From: a virus
Lineage: Duplodnaviria > Heunggongvirae > Uroviricota > Caudoviricetes
Strand: one strand, 5' to 3'
IMG/VR virus record: IMGVR_UViG_650377940_000003
Location: 1 to 23,322 of that record
DNA: 23,322 nucleotides
Below, in pieces: positions 7,612 to 17,055 of the stretch. Every line of letters starts with the position of its first letter. Position 1 is the stretch's first letter. Under the pieces are notes generated by a model that saw only the letters and a program-made list of their open reading frames with translations, searched no databases and was not told the origin of the DNA. The translations under genes were made by a program, and so were the position numbers.

Positions 7612-8718
7612 TTATGTCTCAGCGTTTGCGCCGGAATCATCAATAGCCTTCCAAGTTAGAGCACCTTCGACACTCTTGACGCGATTATCCATAGCAGTAT
7701 TCAAGCCGTCCGCATAAGTTTTTGCAGCATCGAGAGCGGCATCCGCCTTTTTAGTAGCATCAGCAGCAGCGGCAGAAATTACTTCAGATTTCGCAGCAGT
7801 CAGTTCGTCCTGAGACACCTTTGCATTCCAAGCCTTGCGCTCTTCTGCGGTAATGTGTACCACAGTATCTTTGGAATGACCGTCTAGCTGATCCTGCACC
7901 TTCTTGATTTTTGCATCTGTTTCTACCTTAGTGTAAGCATCCGGCACAGCCACATACAGACCATCCTCTTCAATCGTGATAGAGTTATTGGCTTTTGCAG
8001 ACACACGCACAGCAACACTGATTTTATTATCATTAGAAACGGTCACAGTTGCAGTAGAAGTTGCCACGCCGATGTAGATATCAATCAAAGAACCGACAGG
8101 AATCTTAATGACCTCGCCGGTGGTAATAGTCAGCTCGATCTCATGTGTCTCAGTATTATAAATACCGCTCTTCACCACCAGATCCTTGCCAAGAGCAATC
8201 GTCAGGGTGTCGCCGCCAAACACAGGCAGCTTAATAGTGCGAGTTTCTGCATCATAAGTAGGCTCATGAATAACACCGGTCAGGGTGGTAGTGACTGGTT
8301 CATCTCCCTTTGCCACACTCAACACACCAGCATTATAGGTGACATCTGTAACGAACTTACCTTTAATACCTTCCACTGCTGCAACCTTGGCATTAACATA
8401 ATCAGCGACAGCCTTAGTGGTCGGAATATCGTCATTGGTGGCATCTGCCGGAATCTGAGTAACAGTTGTTTTATTCAGCTGCACAAATTCTGTGCCATTC
8501 CAAATATGCATGGTATAGTCTGTCATGCGGAAATAAATAATGCCCTGAACCTGACCCGCTGCGGGCAGGGAAGACACCATCTTAGTGCTCTTGGTGTACT
8601 CAGTTGTACCCTTAAACATTTGCAGCGTATCGGTCGTGAAGTACAGGGTGTCCATGTCTTTTGGAGCAAGGGCATCGTACCGTGCTTTCGTACCATACGC
8701 AAATTTTACTTGTGCCAT
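7612..8718 (-). CDS. Fibre/structural protein (368 aa) with Mtd_N-like N-terminus and C-terminal coiled coil
   Basis: VKFAYGTKARYDAL...LYFTTDT, PTTKAVADYV, Y(D/N)xETxxIxL beta repeats, HITAEERKAWNAK and ADAALDAAKTYAD. AAGGAGG RBS. Confidence 0.75.
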   Translation of the reverse strand: MAQVKFAYGTKARYDALAPKDMDTLYFTTDTLQMFKGTTEYTKSTKMVSSLPAAGQVQGIIYFRMTDYTMHIWNGTEFVQLNKTTVTQIPADATNDDIPTTKAVADYVNAKVAAVEGIKGKFVTDVTYNAGVLSVAKGDEPVTTTLTGVIHEPTYDAETRTIKLPVFGGDTLTIALGKDLVVKSGIYNTETHEIELTITTGEVIKIPVGSLIDIYIGVATSTATVTVSNDNKISVAVRVSAKANNSITIEEDGLYVAVPDAYTKVETDAKIKKVQDQLDGHSKDTVVHITAEERKAWNAKVSQDELTAAKSEVISAAAADATKKADAALDAAKTYADGLNTAMDNRVKSVEGALTWKAIDDSGANAET

Positions 8719-8732
8719 ATTTTTCCTCCTTA

Positions 8733-9095
8733 TTAGAATTCAGTCCATTGGAAATTTGTAGATTGAGTTTGAAAAGGCTCGACGAAGAACCGCCCTGACT
8801 CCGCGCTTTGCTGCACGACCCACGGTTCATATTTATCGTCTTTGCCTCGTATCATTACGGTCTGACCTGCATAAGTCGCATCATTCTGGTTGATTGCCTC
8901 ATTTGCCGCCGGAATATTATCAAAACAAAGCGTCCGAGGCGCTACCTTTTGAATAGATAAGTCGTCCCGGACGTATATGAATTCTGATGTATCTTTTGTG
9001 ATAATAAGGTCTTTGCCATCAATCAACCCAAGCGCAATCGCGGCTTCTACGTCTTCTGCGTTACCGTAACCAAGCTTCGAGTATTTGTATGCCAT
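8733..9095 (-). CDS. Small tail/fibre protein (120 aa)
   Basis: GAGGTG RBS precedes ATG 9095. N-terminus SKLGYG...LIITKDTSEFIY, internal TYAGQTV, ends FQWTEF. Confidence 0.7.
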   Translation of the reverse strand: MAYKYSKLGYGNAEDVEAAIALGLIDGKDLIITKDTSEFIYVRDDLSIQKVAPRTLCFDNIPAANEAINQNDATYAGQTVMIRGKDDKYEPWVVQQSAESGRFFVEPFQTQSTNFQWTEF

Positions 9096-9121
9096 TCTTT
9101 TCACCTCGCTTTAAACGATGG

Positions 9122-9757
9122 TTAGAATGGGACAACACGCATACTACCATCTTCAGTTTCCACAGTTTCAGTCGTAATCTTAATAGCGTTACCAATGGGT
9201 TTGCCCTCGGAGGTAAGCTGAATACGATGCTCTTCATCGTAAGTGATATTATCAGCCTTGTTAGCCAGACTAGTGTTGAAGCGGTCGGTCATCGCCTTGT
9301 TCAGAGCCTCCAGTGCAATAATACGCTGATCCAGAGTGCTTAGTGCTTCATCGGGGACCAAATCAGACCACTTGCTGATAGGAATAATATGTACAACGCC
9401 GGGCCCAGCCTTACGCACGCGCTGAATTGTCTGTCCTTCAGAGTCCATCTCAACGTGAATGAAGGTCAACTGGAACTCAATGTCACCAGCTTCACTGGTC
9501 AGAACCGTATCAAACGGTAGAAGATACTCCAACCGGTTCTTGTACAGGTCTTTTGATTTTTGTAGAAATTCAGTTTTATAGCGTTTGCTCACAGGCAAAA
9601 CGTACTCCAGCATAACTGTATAGTCACTAATATCTACACCTTTGTAGGTCTGATCGGCAAGAAAGTGCAGATTATCCACTAGCTTGCTTCGCTGCATGAT
9701 ACGCTCAGTCAGACTCGCTGTGATAGTGTTATCCTCGTTAATTAAAAAGGTATACAT
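9122..9757 (-). CDS. BppU-like baseplate/fibre-anchoring protein (211 aa)
   Basis: IMQRSKLVDNLHF...Y.GVDIS...LEY...LTSEAGDIEFQLTF resembles the BppU N-terminal (DUF2479-like) domain, followed by a short coiled coil. AAGGAGG RBS. Confidence 0.6.
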   Translation of the reverse strand: MYTFLINEDNTITASLTERIMQRSKLVDNLHFLADQTYKGVDISDYTVMLEYVLPVSKRYKTEFLQKSKDLYKNRLEYLLPFDTVLTSEAGDIEFQLTFIHVEMDSEGQTIQRVRKAGPGVVHIIPISKWSDLVPDEALSTLDQRIIALEALNKAMTDRFNTSLANKADNITYDEEHRIQLTSEGKPIGNAIKITTETVETEDGSMRVVPF

Positions 9758-9758
9758 A

Positions 9759-9908
9759 TCACACCTCCTTTCCGTTCACGATGTACAGGTAATCATCCAA
9801 TGAGATCTTCTTGCCCTCAAGCAAGTTCTCCACAAATTTGTCCTGTACCATTCCATTCTTATAGAGTCGGTGCATACTCTCGACGAACTCAGTGAAAATC
9901 TTCTCCAT
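9759..9908 (-). CDS. XkdX-like small phage protein (49 aa, absent from the ORF track)
   Basis: MEKIFTEFVESMHRLYKNGMVQDKFVENLLEGKKISLDDYLYIVNGKEV. It has a TGATG overlap with the upstream stop, a GGAGG RBS, and fills the gap exactly. Matches the XkdX pattern Y..G.....V.....G.I...(D/E)Y..I. Confidence 0.75.
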   Translation of the reverse strand: MEKIFTEFVESMHRLYKNGMVQDKFVENLLEGKKISLDDYLYIVNGKEV

Positions 9909-10222
9909 CACAGTAGACCTCCTTGAATTAACGTCAACGTATAAGCATCAATAATGGCCTCAGGAGTTGTACCTCCCAAGGCCATGATTTGGTCATATTC
10001 ATATTTGTCAATCGGCTCAAGCGTTACGGTATCATATTCCGGGGACGGAATCAGGTAGTAGCCTTCAACGTGCCAGATATATTTGCCGTTGCTGCTGATA
10101 ATACCCTGTGCGTCATCTTCGGTGCAATTCACCATGATATCGTGCTTGGGCTGATACTTTACAAACTGAAGGCGGTCAAGAGCATCGATCACTCGACCGT
10201 CTTTAAGTACCTTGTAATACAC
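9908..10222 (-). CDS. Small tail protein preceding the XkdX-like gene (XkdW-like position, ~104 aa)
   Basis: AAGGAGG lies 8 nt before GTG 10222. Ends IIDAYTLTLIQGGLL. Sits between the giant tail protein and the XkdX-like gene. Confidence 0.65.
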   Translation of the reverse strand: MYYKVLKDGRVIDALDRLQFVKYQPKHDIMVNCTEDDAQGIISSNGKYIWHVEGYYLIPSPEYDTVTLEPIDKYEYDQIMALGGTTPEAIIDAYTLTLIQGGLL

Positions 10223-10235
10223 TCTCAACACCTCC

Positions 10236-13200
10236 TTAAATGCTGAACATCACGGCTACCCCTAACTGCTCAGAGGGATAATGGAAGCCATACAGCTCAC
10301 CAGTTTCCTCAATTGCATAGAAGTATCCATCATAGGTCGCAAACGGGCTGCGCAGCCAATACTTTGTTGCCTTGCCCTCTGCATTGTGCTTGATACGAGA
10401 ATCATTGCCGGTCATGTAGCTGATTGTTTGACCTTCATAAACGTAAGGCTCGTCAATCATCGAAGAGCTAACTTCAATAGCAGATGGAATGAAGAAATAA
10501 CAATCCGAAGTTACAATTTCCTTACTCTTATTTCCGGCAGAACTCGGCACTTTGACCTTCTTGATAAGCTGTTTCCAACCAATCGGCAAAGCATCAACCA
10601 GACGAGAATCAAGATACTCACGCAGAGAAGTGCTACCCCAACCGCCAGCATTATTTGCAGCAGAACTTAACATCATATCCTGACCTAAAGTGTCTTTCTG
10701 CAAGAATGTCATGGAACAACGCTTATTAGAATTGTCGCTCAGGTAGTAGTTCTTAAAGCTTGCCACCTCAACGATCAAATCATTGTGTGTCCATGCGGCC
10801 AATTCGCGACAAGCAGCATCACCAAGGTCTGCATACCAAAGTTTAGACCAATAAACCGTACCTTTAGCGTGGCGTTCGTAAGCACCATCGTCTGCTTTTG
10901 CACATCCAAATACCAGAGTGGCATTCGTCTTTGTGGAGCGGGTACGAGTAATCTTTGTATAACTCAGTGCAGAGCCATAGATATTAGAGGAATAGACATA
11001 CAGTCCGTTATCACCCTTAATGTGCCGGATAACAGTCATATCGCGAGAACCTGCAGCAACGCCATTTGCAGAGTCGATACCCCAAGTCATCTTGACGCCA
11101 GTTGAGTTCCATAGACGGATACCATTCATACCGTTCTGCTCAAAGCACTGCATTAAAACAGTGTTATTTGCATTTGTGACATCCATCTTGTAGTCAACAG
11201 CCAGCACAAAATCCCTGTCCTCTTCAAACAGTTTGAGGTCGGTATCAATGTAGTTCTTACCATCAAATACCTGCGGTTTACTAATAAGAACCTTTTCAGT
11301 GATGTCCTCATAAGAGAAATCATTGCCGAGCTTAATAGAAACTTCGTCTTTTGCTTCGGCAACATTTTGTTCAACACCAACCTTGTTCATCGCATAGATT
11401 TCAACAGGGCGAAGCTGACCGATTTCCTTACCATCAAAATAAGTAGAAGAATATTCGCAGCTATCATAAACAGCATTGATATCCTTATCGCCGGTGACGT
11501 AACCGCCCTTATCCCAGCCACTGAACAGGTAATACTTAAAAGCAGTTTCCTCAGAAGTGTAAGTCGGAGTATCGCCATCATACAGCACCATAGAGCCATA
11601 CGGAGCAACAGTTTCCTTCAGCACAGCGCCACGATTCATATAACGAACCGTGTATTTGCGCACAGATTCAGTATAAGTTGCGGTAATTGTCTGATTGCTG
11701 AAAACAGTCGTAAACTCGGTGTCCCAGCCACTGAAAGTAAAATCTGTAGAAATTGTGCTCTTAGCAGTAGGTGTCGGAATCGGATTCTCTTTACGGGTAA
11801 CAGGGTCAACGGCCTTGTCGCCCTTATCAATGTACTGGACATCCAACACCGTGCCATCCTTGTTCACGAACGTCCAGACAAACTGCTGAACAAGCGTGTT
11901 GTAAGTGATATTCAAATCAGGCCACTGTGCGTTGTAATCGGCCAGCTGACGCTCGCGCATGATAGGAACATGAACGCTACCATCAACGACAGAATGGTCA
12001 GTGTTATAGCCATTCTCATCCAGACCTGTCATCTTCAGCAGACGATCCAGCAGAGAAGTGTCATCCAACTGCCAATCAATACCAGTCAAACGCACACGAC
12101 TCAAGTTCGTGCACTTTGCTAACATGCCCGTCAGGTCAATGGTTGGGCACTTCTCTACCGTCAGTGTGGTGATGTTTTTATAATCTGTAACCTTTAGGTC
12201 TGTCAGATAATTCAGGTTCTTAGCGCTCAGACTTGCGATCGCAGGCAATTCAGCTTTTCGAATCTTGCCGCCCTTAGCAAACGCGACACCAGTAATTCCA
12301 GAGCCGCCAGCATAGAACTCTTCCAGATTCGTACAGCCTGTCAGACTGATAGACTTCTTCAGGTTCGGCACGTTCTGCAGGTTCAAATGCTCAAGCAGTG
12401 TGTTGTTACCAACCGCGAAGTCAGTCATATTCGTATTTTTGTAGCCCTCGGCGGCAGAACCAATCTTCAGGTCAGTCAACTTTACGCCGTGGCTGAAATC
12501 AACATAGCCGGGGTAGAAACCAGAAATATCACCAATACTCTGGATGATAGAAGCATTGTAAACATAAACCTCGGTATCATTCATGGCTGCAATCGGGCAC
12601 TGAATCTCGTAAGTCTGCCCGCGCTTACCACGCACCTTCACAGGGTTAGAACCATACCGCACAGAGACATAAGTATCTGCATAGGGGACAATATGGAAAG
12701 TGCCATCGGGTTTCACACCTGTCCAGTTGGTCGGAGTATAACCACGAATAGTCATATCGTCAGAGGTACAAGTGGCACCCGTATACTTAGATGCCATGTA
12801 TTTTTCTTGATAACGCTGGAACTGACGACGCTGATGACGCTTATTGCCGTGCATCATAGGCAGATAGCTAGTTGTGCCATTGTCCTCATAAGTACGGAAA
12901 TATTTGCGCCGCATATCCATGATCCACAGCTTTTCAGGCTTTACGTCCTGATAGTCCTCGAACTTTTTCAAAATACGAGTAGCACTCCATGCCAAAGCAC
13001 TCTCACGGTTCAGGAACATCTTTGCGAGATCATCTGCAAATAGGTCACGAATCTTACACCACAGCTTAGAGTCATGTGCGTTAAACACGCTCTTTGTGCC
13101 GATAGTGTCCATATCTTCGTAGCCGTAACTCAGCGTTAGACCACCCTCGTTATCGTTGCCCATTGCAGTGTCGTTATCGTAGTCAAAACAGAAATCCCAG

Positions 13201-16200
13201 TGCACAAGGTCAGTCGTGTGCGGGAATACGTTCTTTGCACGGTTATCGACCATGGTATGACGCTCGGTAAACAGATAGTGGAACAGGGCAGAATCCTTAA
13301 CAAAATAATTCTCAAAATTCTTCTTGAATTCGGCATCATCTGCATTCACAACCCAGTTCTGTACGCGAATCCACGCATTTTTAGCTGCCTGAATCTCTTC
13401 ATCAGTACAATTCTTATTGATGTAACGGAACTCAAAGCTGTGGTCACCATCCCAAGTTTCCTCAGAGAAGTCGCCGCTCAGGAAACGGGTCTGTGCATCG
13501 GTGTTATTATCAATCTCAATGATAACTTCCTTGTGGTTGTTCGGATCCATACCCATCGTGTCGCTGTTCTTTTTGGAATTGCCAAAATCACCACAAGCAT
13601 AGAAATGCCACTGACCATCCTTAAAGACGGTTGCATTTGTGGTGTCGGTCTCCTGAATAAAAACGACACAAGGGTAGAATGCCATGGTGTCACGCACTTT
13701 CGGGTTGTCCTTGCGAGCCTGACGAATGTACGGATTGAACTCGTTGAACTCGTCTGCCAGCAGAGCATTGTTTGCATTCTCAGAAGAAGCAACATTGACT
13801 TTGATGTTAAAATACTTCTCACCGACGCTGTTTTCTGTAAATGCATACTTGCTACCAGTGCTCTCATCACCAAAGGTGAAACCACCAGAGCAGTTGATAT
13901 CAATATTACGACCGGATTCACCGTATGCGTTAGAGCTGGTGCCCTGTCCCTTGTGGGAGCCAGTAGCAGTCCAGTTATCTTCCACAGCACGACCATTCTT
14001 GTAAATGTGTTGAATAGTTGTGTTTGGCACTTCGTTCTTTTTGCCAGTCGTAAAGGTCGGAGCTGAGATCTTGATAATGCGCAAGTCTGGGCACTTCTCA
14101 GCCAGTAGGTCAGGATTCAGCTCGCCGCTCACGTCCGTAATATCATTGCGGGTGTAGCGCTCAATCATTTCCTCTGCGTTCTTTGCGTCTGCAATAAAGT
14201 TGTCAAGGATCTCGTCATCCGTCAAGTTCATCATGTAGGACTTCATCCGGTAAACTAGCACGTCACAATCAGGAGAACCAATCGTAATGCCTACCGGAGA
14301 AGCCTGTGTAAAGTTGTCGCTTGCGTCATACAGCTCAACACGACAGGGAATACCGTCCAACCATAGAACCATTTCTTTGTACTGACTGTCTGGCAGAATA
14401 TTAAATTCAAATTCCATAAAGTCGTCTTCACAAGTCGGTAGGGAAATACTGTTCTGCTCACTGGTCAATGTGACCTTCTGCGCCTGAATATTCAAACCGA
14501 TACCACCGTTCAAGCAGGTCAGCGCCGTAGCATCGTAGTTCTTGACATTCGTAGTCTTAAATACGAGCTTGAAATTCTTACCCAACTTCTTTGCGTCATC
14601 ACCAAACAGCTTGTAGCTGATATTTGCAGTTGTACCAGCCTTCACACAGAAGTATGTATCGCCATCTTCGTCTAGCTGATAGCCACCGTTAGACCAGTCA
14701 AAATTATCGCTTACAGTCAGCCTTGTATTGCCATCAGACCACAAGCGGGTCTCGTCAGCGTTAGTCTTGCCAGCAGGGTTAAAATCAAAAGCCAGATTTG
14801 TCTTAACTGGCTCAATCGTAATACCAAGCTCTTTAATCTCGACACTAATCTCCTTACTCACGGAGCCACATACGATTTTCAACGTATGAGTGCCAATATC
14901 AGCGGACTTCCAAGTCCATGTCTGCATGGTGCGTCCAACAGTCAAGGTAGCAGTCTTAGCGCCGTCAACCTCCAACGTTACAGTGGTTGTAGAGCTAGAA
15001 GGGTCATAAACGGTATAGTTGATTGCAACGTTGCTGTACTGTTTTGCACTTGCTGTCTTTGTGGCGCAGCTGATAATAGGAGTCGTATTACCTTCGATTG
15101 CCCACATGATATCTTTGACAACCTTATTACTGGTGATCTGTTTCCCATTGATTTCAGCAGTCATGGAAACTTCTACCAAATGTGCGCCGTGGGTCTGTGC
15201 AGGAATAGCATAAGTCAGCTGTCTGCCGGTAACGCTGCTTGTGGTAGAGCCAAGAATCTTTCCGTCAATCGTAAAGTTGATAGTCTTGGAAATATTGCCA
15301 TACGGAGTGTAGCGGAAGGTTACCTCTCCACTATAAACCAGTGTATCATCAAAAGAACTCTCCAGATAGAACTCAACGACATTGACAGTCCAAGTCTTTG
15401 TACCAACACTGCCAACACTATCAGTCACCTGTAGCTTAACAGTATTGTCACCGCTGTGCAGATATTGTGTTGCGTCAAAGCTGTTCTTTCCCTGGATAAC
15501 GGTCTGCGTACCAACTTTTGTATTGCCGACATACCAGACGCCAGTAGCAGAACCAGTGTCATCGCCAGAGTTGTCCACAGAAGAGAACTTGAAATTGATA
15601 ATAGCTGGATCTCCAGCAACAACAGTCAAAGCAGACCCATCCAGACGCTCGATCTTGATAACGCTTGTGTTGCCACCAGTGCCGCCACCTCCACCACCTT
15701 GAATGACCACGGTAGTCTTAACAGTGCCATTCTCTAACAGGTTCAGCTTGGAATCCTCATAAGTAATGTCATACTCGCGTCCAGCATTCGGGTCTGGTTT
15801 CACATTCTTCAACTGCTCCTGAATTTCAGAAATATCGCCATTGATAGTGTCAATGCTGTTCTGCAAACCGGAAGCAGTGTTTTTCACCACGGTCAAATCA
15901 TTTGCTACGGTCTCAACGCTGGTCTTTTCAGCCTTTGCTTCTAACAGCTTGTCGGTTGCCTGTTTATTGTAATAATCACTTTGCAACGTCTCAGGCAAGT
16001 TACCTACGCTATCCTGCAGATTCTTTACGGCAGCATCATTACTGGTCTTATACTCAGTCAATTCGGTCTTAACGGGCGCAATCTTTTCATCGATTTTTGC
16101 TTCAACGGTTTTATTAAAAGCTGTCACCCAATCAGCACTCGGGTCAGTATTCAGAGTGATGGTTTTAATAACCTTTTCGCCATTCAGGAACTTGATCGTC

Positions 16201-17039
16201 TGTGTTTCAGCATCATACTGCACATCAAACTTTGCCAGACCGTCAACCTTGGCGATATCATCCCGAAGCAGAGTAACAAAACCGTCAACCTCTTCCTTGG
16301 TGTAGTAGTTTGCCAGTGTGTCGGCCAGACCATCTACGACAGCCTGTGCTTCTTGTGCGCTCTGTGCGGCCTGAGTTGCAGCAATTTGTGCCTCACCAAC
16401 CTTCTGACTCATGGTAGACAAGAACTGTGTATACCAATCGTCATCGGTCGGGTTATTCATTGCGGTGCCGGTAAGCGCTTTCAAAACATTCAGCTTTTCG
16501 TTCGGCTTTGTACGCCATAGATAATTCTTCGATTCACCGCTGTTCGGTACAGTAATTGCACCAGTCGCCATAATTTCAAACTTCAGCACACCCTCTTTGA
16601 TAGTGGCATAATTACTGACCATCCAGTAAAACCGGATCTTATCAGTACTATAGCTCACGTTGATGGGTGCGGTATAGTTCTCAGCATTATTAGCGTTAAC
16701 ATAGTGGATCTGAATCGTCATGCTCATCAGGTCAACACCATCATAATAACGCGGCATCTCAAACGGAATGACCTGACTGTTGTTTTCCTGTGTGATATTT
16801 ACCTGAGTCGGACTCAGTGTGATTTCTTTATTGGTATCAACCGTAGAAAAATCATTGTCCGAGAAGGTATCAAACCACGTATAGTTGCCACTTCTGGTGA
16901 AATTCTGGTCTTCCACAGAGAAGGTTGCCACATCCTCATCACAATCAACTACTGGACGAGCATCTTCTATGGAAGCCTCCAGCGTCATTGCGGGGCTTGC
17001 AGCGACCATACGTTTGGATTCTTCAAATGATAATGCCAT
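10236..17039 (-). CDS. Giant multidomain tail protein (2267 aa): BppU-like N-terminus, coiled coil, Ig/LamG-like domains, CotH-kinase-like domain, LRR, two B-repeats, DUF6273-like C-terminus
   Basis: QENNSQVIPFEMPRYYDGVDL (BppU-like); KGQGTSS, KVNVASSE, DNRAKN and DYDNDT (CotH-like); LEHLNLQNVPNL...LTGCTNLEEF (LRR); two F.GWD...ITATY/INAVY (B-repeats); NAGGWGSTSLREYL and YWLRSP (DUF6273/CLec-like). Confidence 0.8.
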   Translation of the reverse strand: MALSFEESKRMVAASPAMTLEASIEDARPVVDCDEDVATFSVEDQNFTRSGNYTWFDTFSDNDFSTVDTNKEITLSPTQVNITQENNSQVIPFEMPRYYDGVDLMSMTIQIHYVNANNAENYTAPINVSYSTDKIRFYWMVSNYATIKEGVLKFEIMATGAITVPNSGESKNYLWRTKPNEKLNVLKALTGTAMNNPTDDDWYTQFLSTMSQKVGEAQIAATQAAQSAQEAQAVVDGLADTLANYYTKEEVDGFVTLLRDDIAKVDGLAKFDVQYDAETQTIKFLNGEKVIKTITLNTDPSADWVTAFNKTVEAKIDEKIAPVKTELTEYKTSNDAAVKNLQDSVGNLPETLQSDYYNKQATDKLLEAKAEKTSVETVANDLTVVKNTASGLQNSIDTINGDISEIQEQLKNVKPDPNAGREYDITYEDSKLNLLENGTVKTTVVIQGGGGGGTGGNTSVIKIERLDGSALTVVAGDPAIINFKFSSVDNSGDDTGSATGVWYVGNTKVGTQTVIQGKNSFDATQYLHSGDNTVKLQVTDSVGSVGTKTWTVNVVEFYLESSFDDTLVYSGEVTFRYTPYGNISKTINFTIDGKILGSTTSSVTGRQLTYAIPAQTHGAHLVEVSMTAEINGKQITSNKVVKDIMWAIEGNTTPIISCATKTASAKQYSNVAINYTVYDPSSSTTTVTLEVDGAKTATLTVGRTMQTWTWKSADIGTHTLKIVCGSVSKEISVEIKELGITIEPVKTNLAFDFNPAGKTNADETRLWSDGNTRLTVSDNFDWSNGGYQLDEDGDTYFCVKAGTTANISYKLFGDDAKKLGKNFKLVFKTTNVKNYDATALTCLNGGIGLNIQAQKVTLTSEQNSISLPTCEDDFMEFEFNILPDSQYKEMVLWLDGIPCRVELYDASDNFTQASPVGITIGSPDCDVLVYRMKSYMMNLTDDEILDNFIADAKNAEEMIERYTRNDITDVSGELNPDLLAEKCPDLRIIKISAPTFTTGKKNEVPNTTIQHIYKNGRAVEDNWTATGSHKGQGTSSNAYGESGRNIDINCSGGFTFGDESTGSKYAFTENSVGEKYFNIKVNVASSENANNALLADEFNEFNPYIRQARKDNPKVRDTMAFYPCVVFIQETDTTNATVFKDGQWHFYACGDFGNSKKNSDTMGMDPNNHKEVIIEIDNNTDAQTRFLSGDFSEETWDGDHSFEFRYINKNCTDEEIQAAKNAWIRVQNWVVNADDAEFKKNFENYFVKDSALFHYLFTERHTMVDNRAKNVFPHTTDLVHWDFCFDYDNDTAMGNDNEGGLTLSYGYEDMDTIGTKSVFNAHDSKLWCKIRDLFADDLAKMFLNRESALAWSATRILKKFEDYQDVKPEKLWIMDMRRKYFRTYEDNGTTSYLPMMHGNKRHQRRQFQRYQEKYMASKYTGATCTSDDMTIRGYTPTNWTGVKPDGTFHIVPYADTYVSVRYGSNPVKVRGKRGQTYEIQCPIAAMNDTEVYVYNASIIQSIGDISGFYPGYVDFSHGVKLTDLKIGSAAEGYKNTNMTDFAVGNNTLLEHLNLQNVPNLKKSISLTGCTNLEEFYAGGSGITGVAFAKGGKIRKAELPAIASLSAKNLNYLTDLKVTDYKNITTLTVEKCPTIDLTGMLAKCTNLSRVRLTGIDWQLDDTSLLDRLLKMTGLDENGYNTDHSVVDGSVHVPIMRERQLADYNAQWPDLNITYNTLVQQFVWTFVNKDGTVLDVQYIDKGDKAVDPVTRKENPIPTPTAKSTISTDFTFSGWDTEFTTVFSNQTITATYTESVRKYTVRYMNRGAVLKETVAPYGSMVLYDGDTPTYTSEETAFKYYLFSGWDKGGYVTGDKDINAVYDSCEYSSTYFDGKEIGQLRPVEIYAMNKVGVEQNVAEAKDEVSIKLGNDFSYEDITEKVLISKPQVFDGKNYIDTDLKLFEEDRDFVLAVDYKMDVTNANNTVLMQCFEQNGMNGIRLWNSTGVKMTWGIDSANGVAAGSRDMTVIRHIKGDNGLYVYSSNIYGSALSYTKITRTRSTKTNATLVFGCAKADDGAYERHAKGTVYWSKLWYADLGDAACRELAAWTHNDLIVEVASFKNYYLSDNSNKRCSMTFLQKDTLGQDMMLSSAANNAGGWGSTSLREYLDSRLVDALPIGWKQLIKKVKVPSSAGNKSKEIVTSDCYFFIPSAIEVSSSMIDEPYVYEGQTISYMTGNDSRIKHNAEGKATKYWLRSPFATYDGYFYAIEETGELYGFHYPSEQLGVAVMFSI

Positions 17040-17055
17040 CTACTCACTCCTCTCA

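Noticed and set aside
9900-9910. Possible pairing of the sRNA linker (CUUUUCCAUCG) with the XkdX-like start region (UGAUGGAGAAG)
   Set aside because: Only 11 bp with two G-U pairs, which is plausible by chance in 23 kb.
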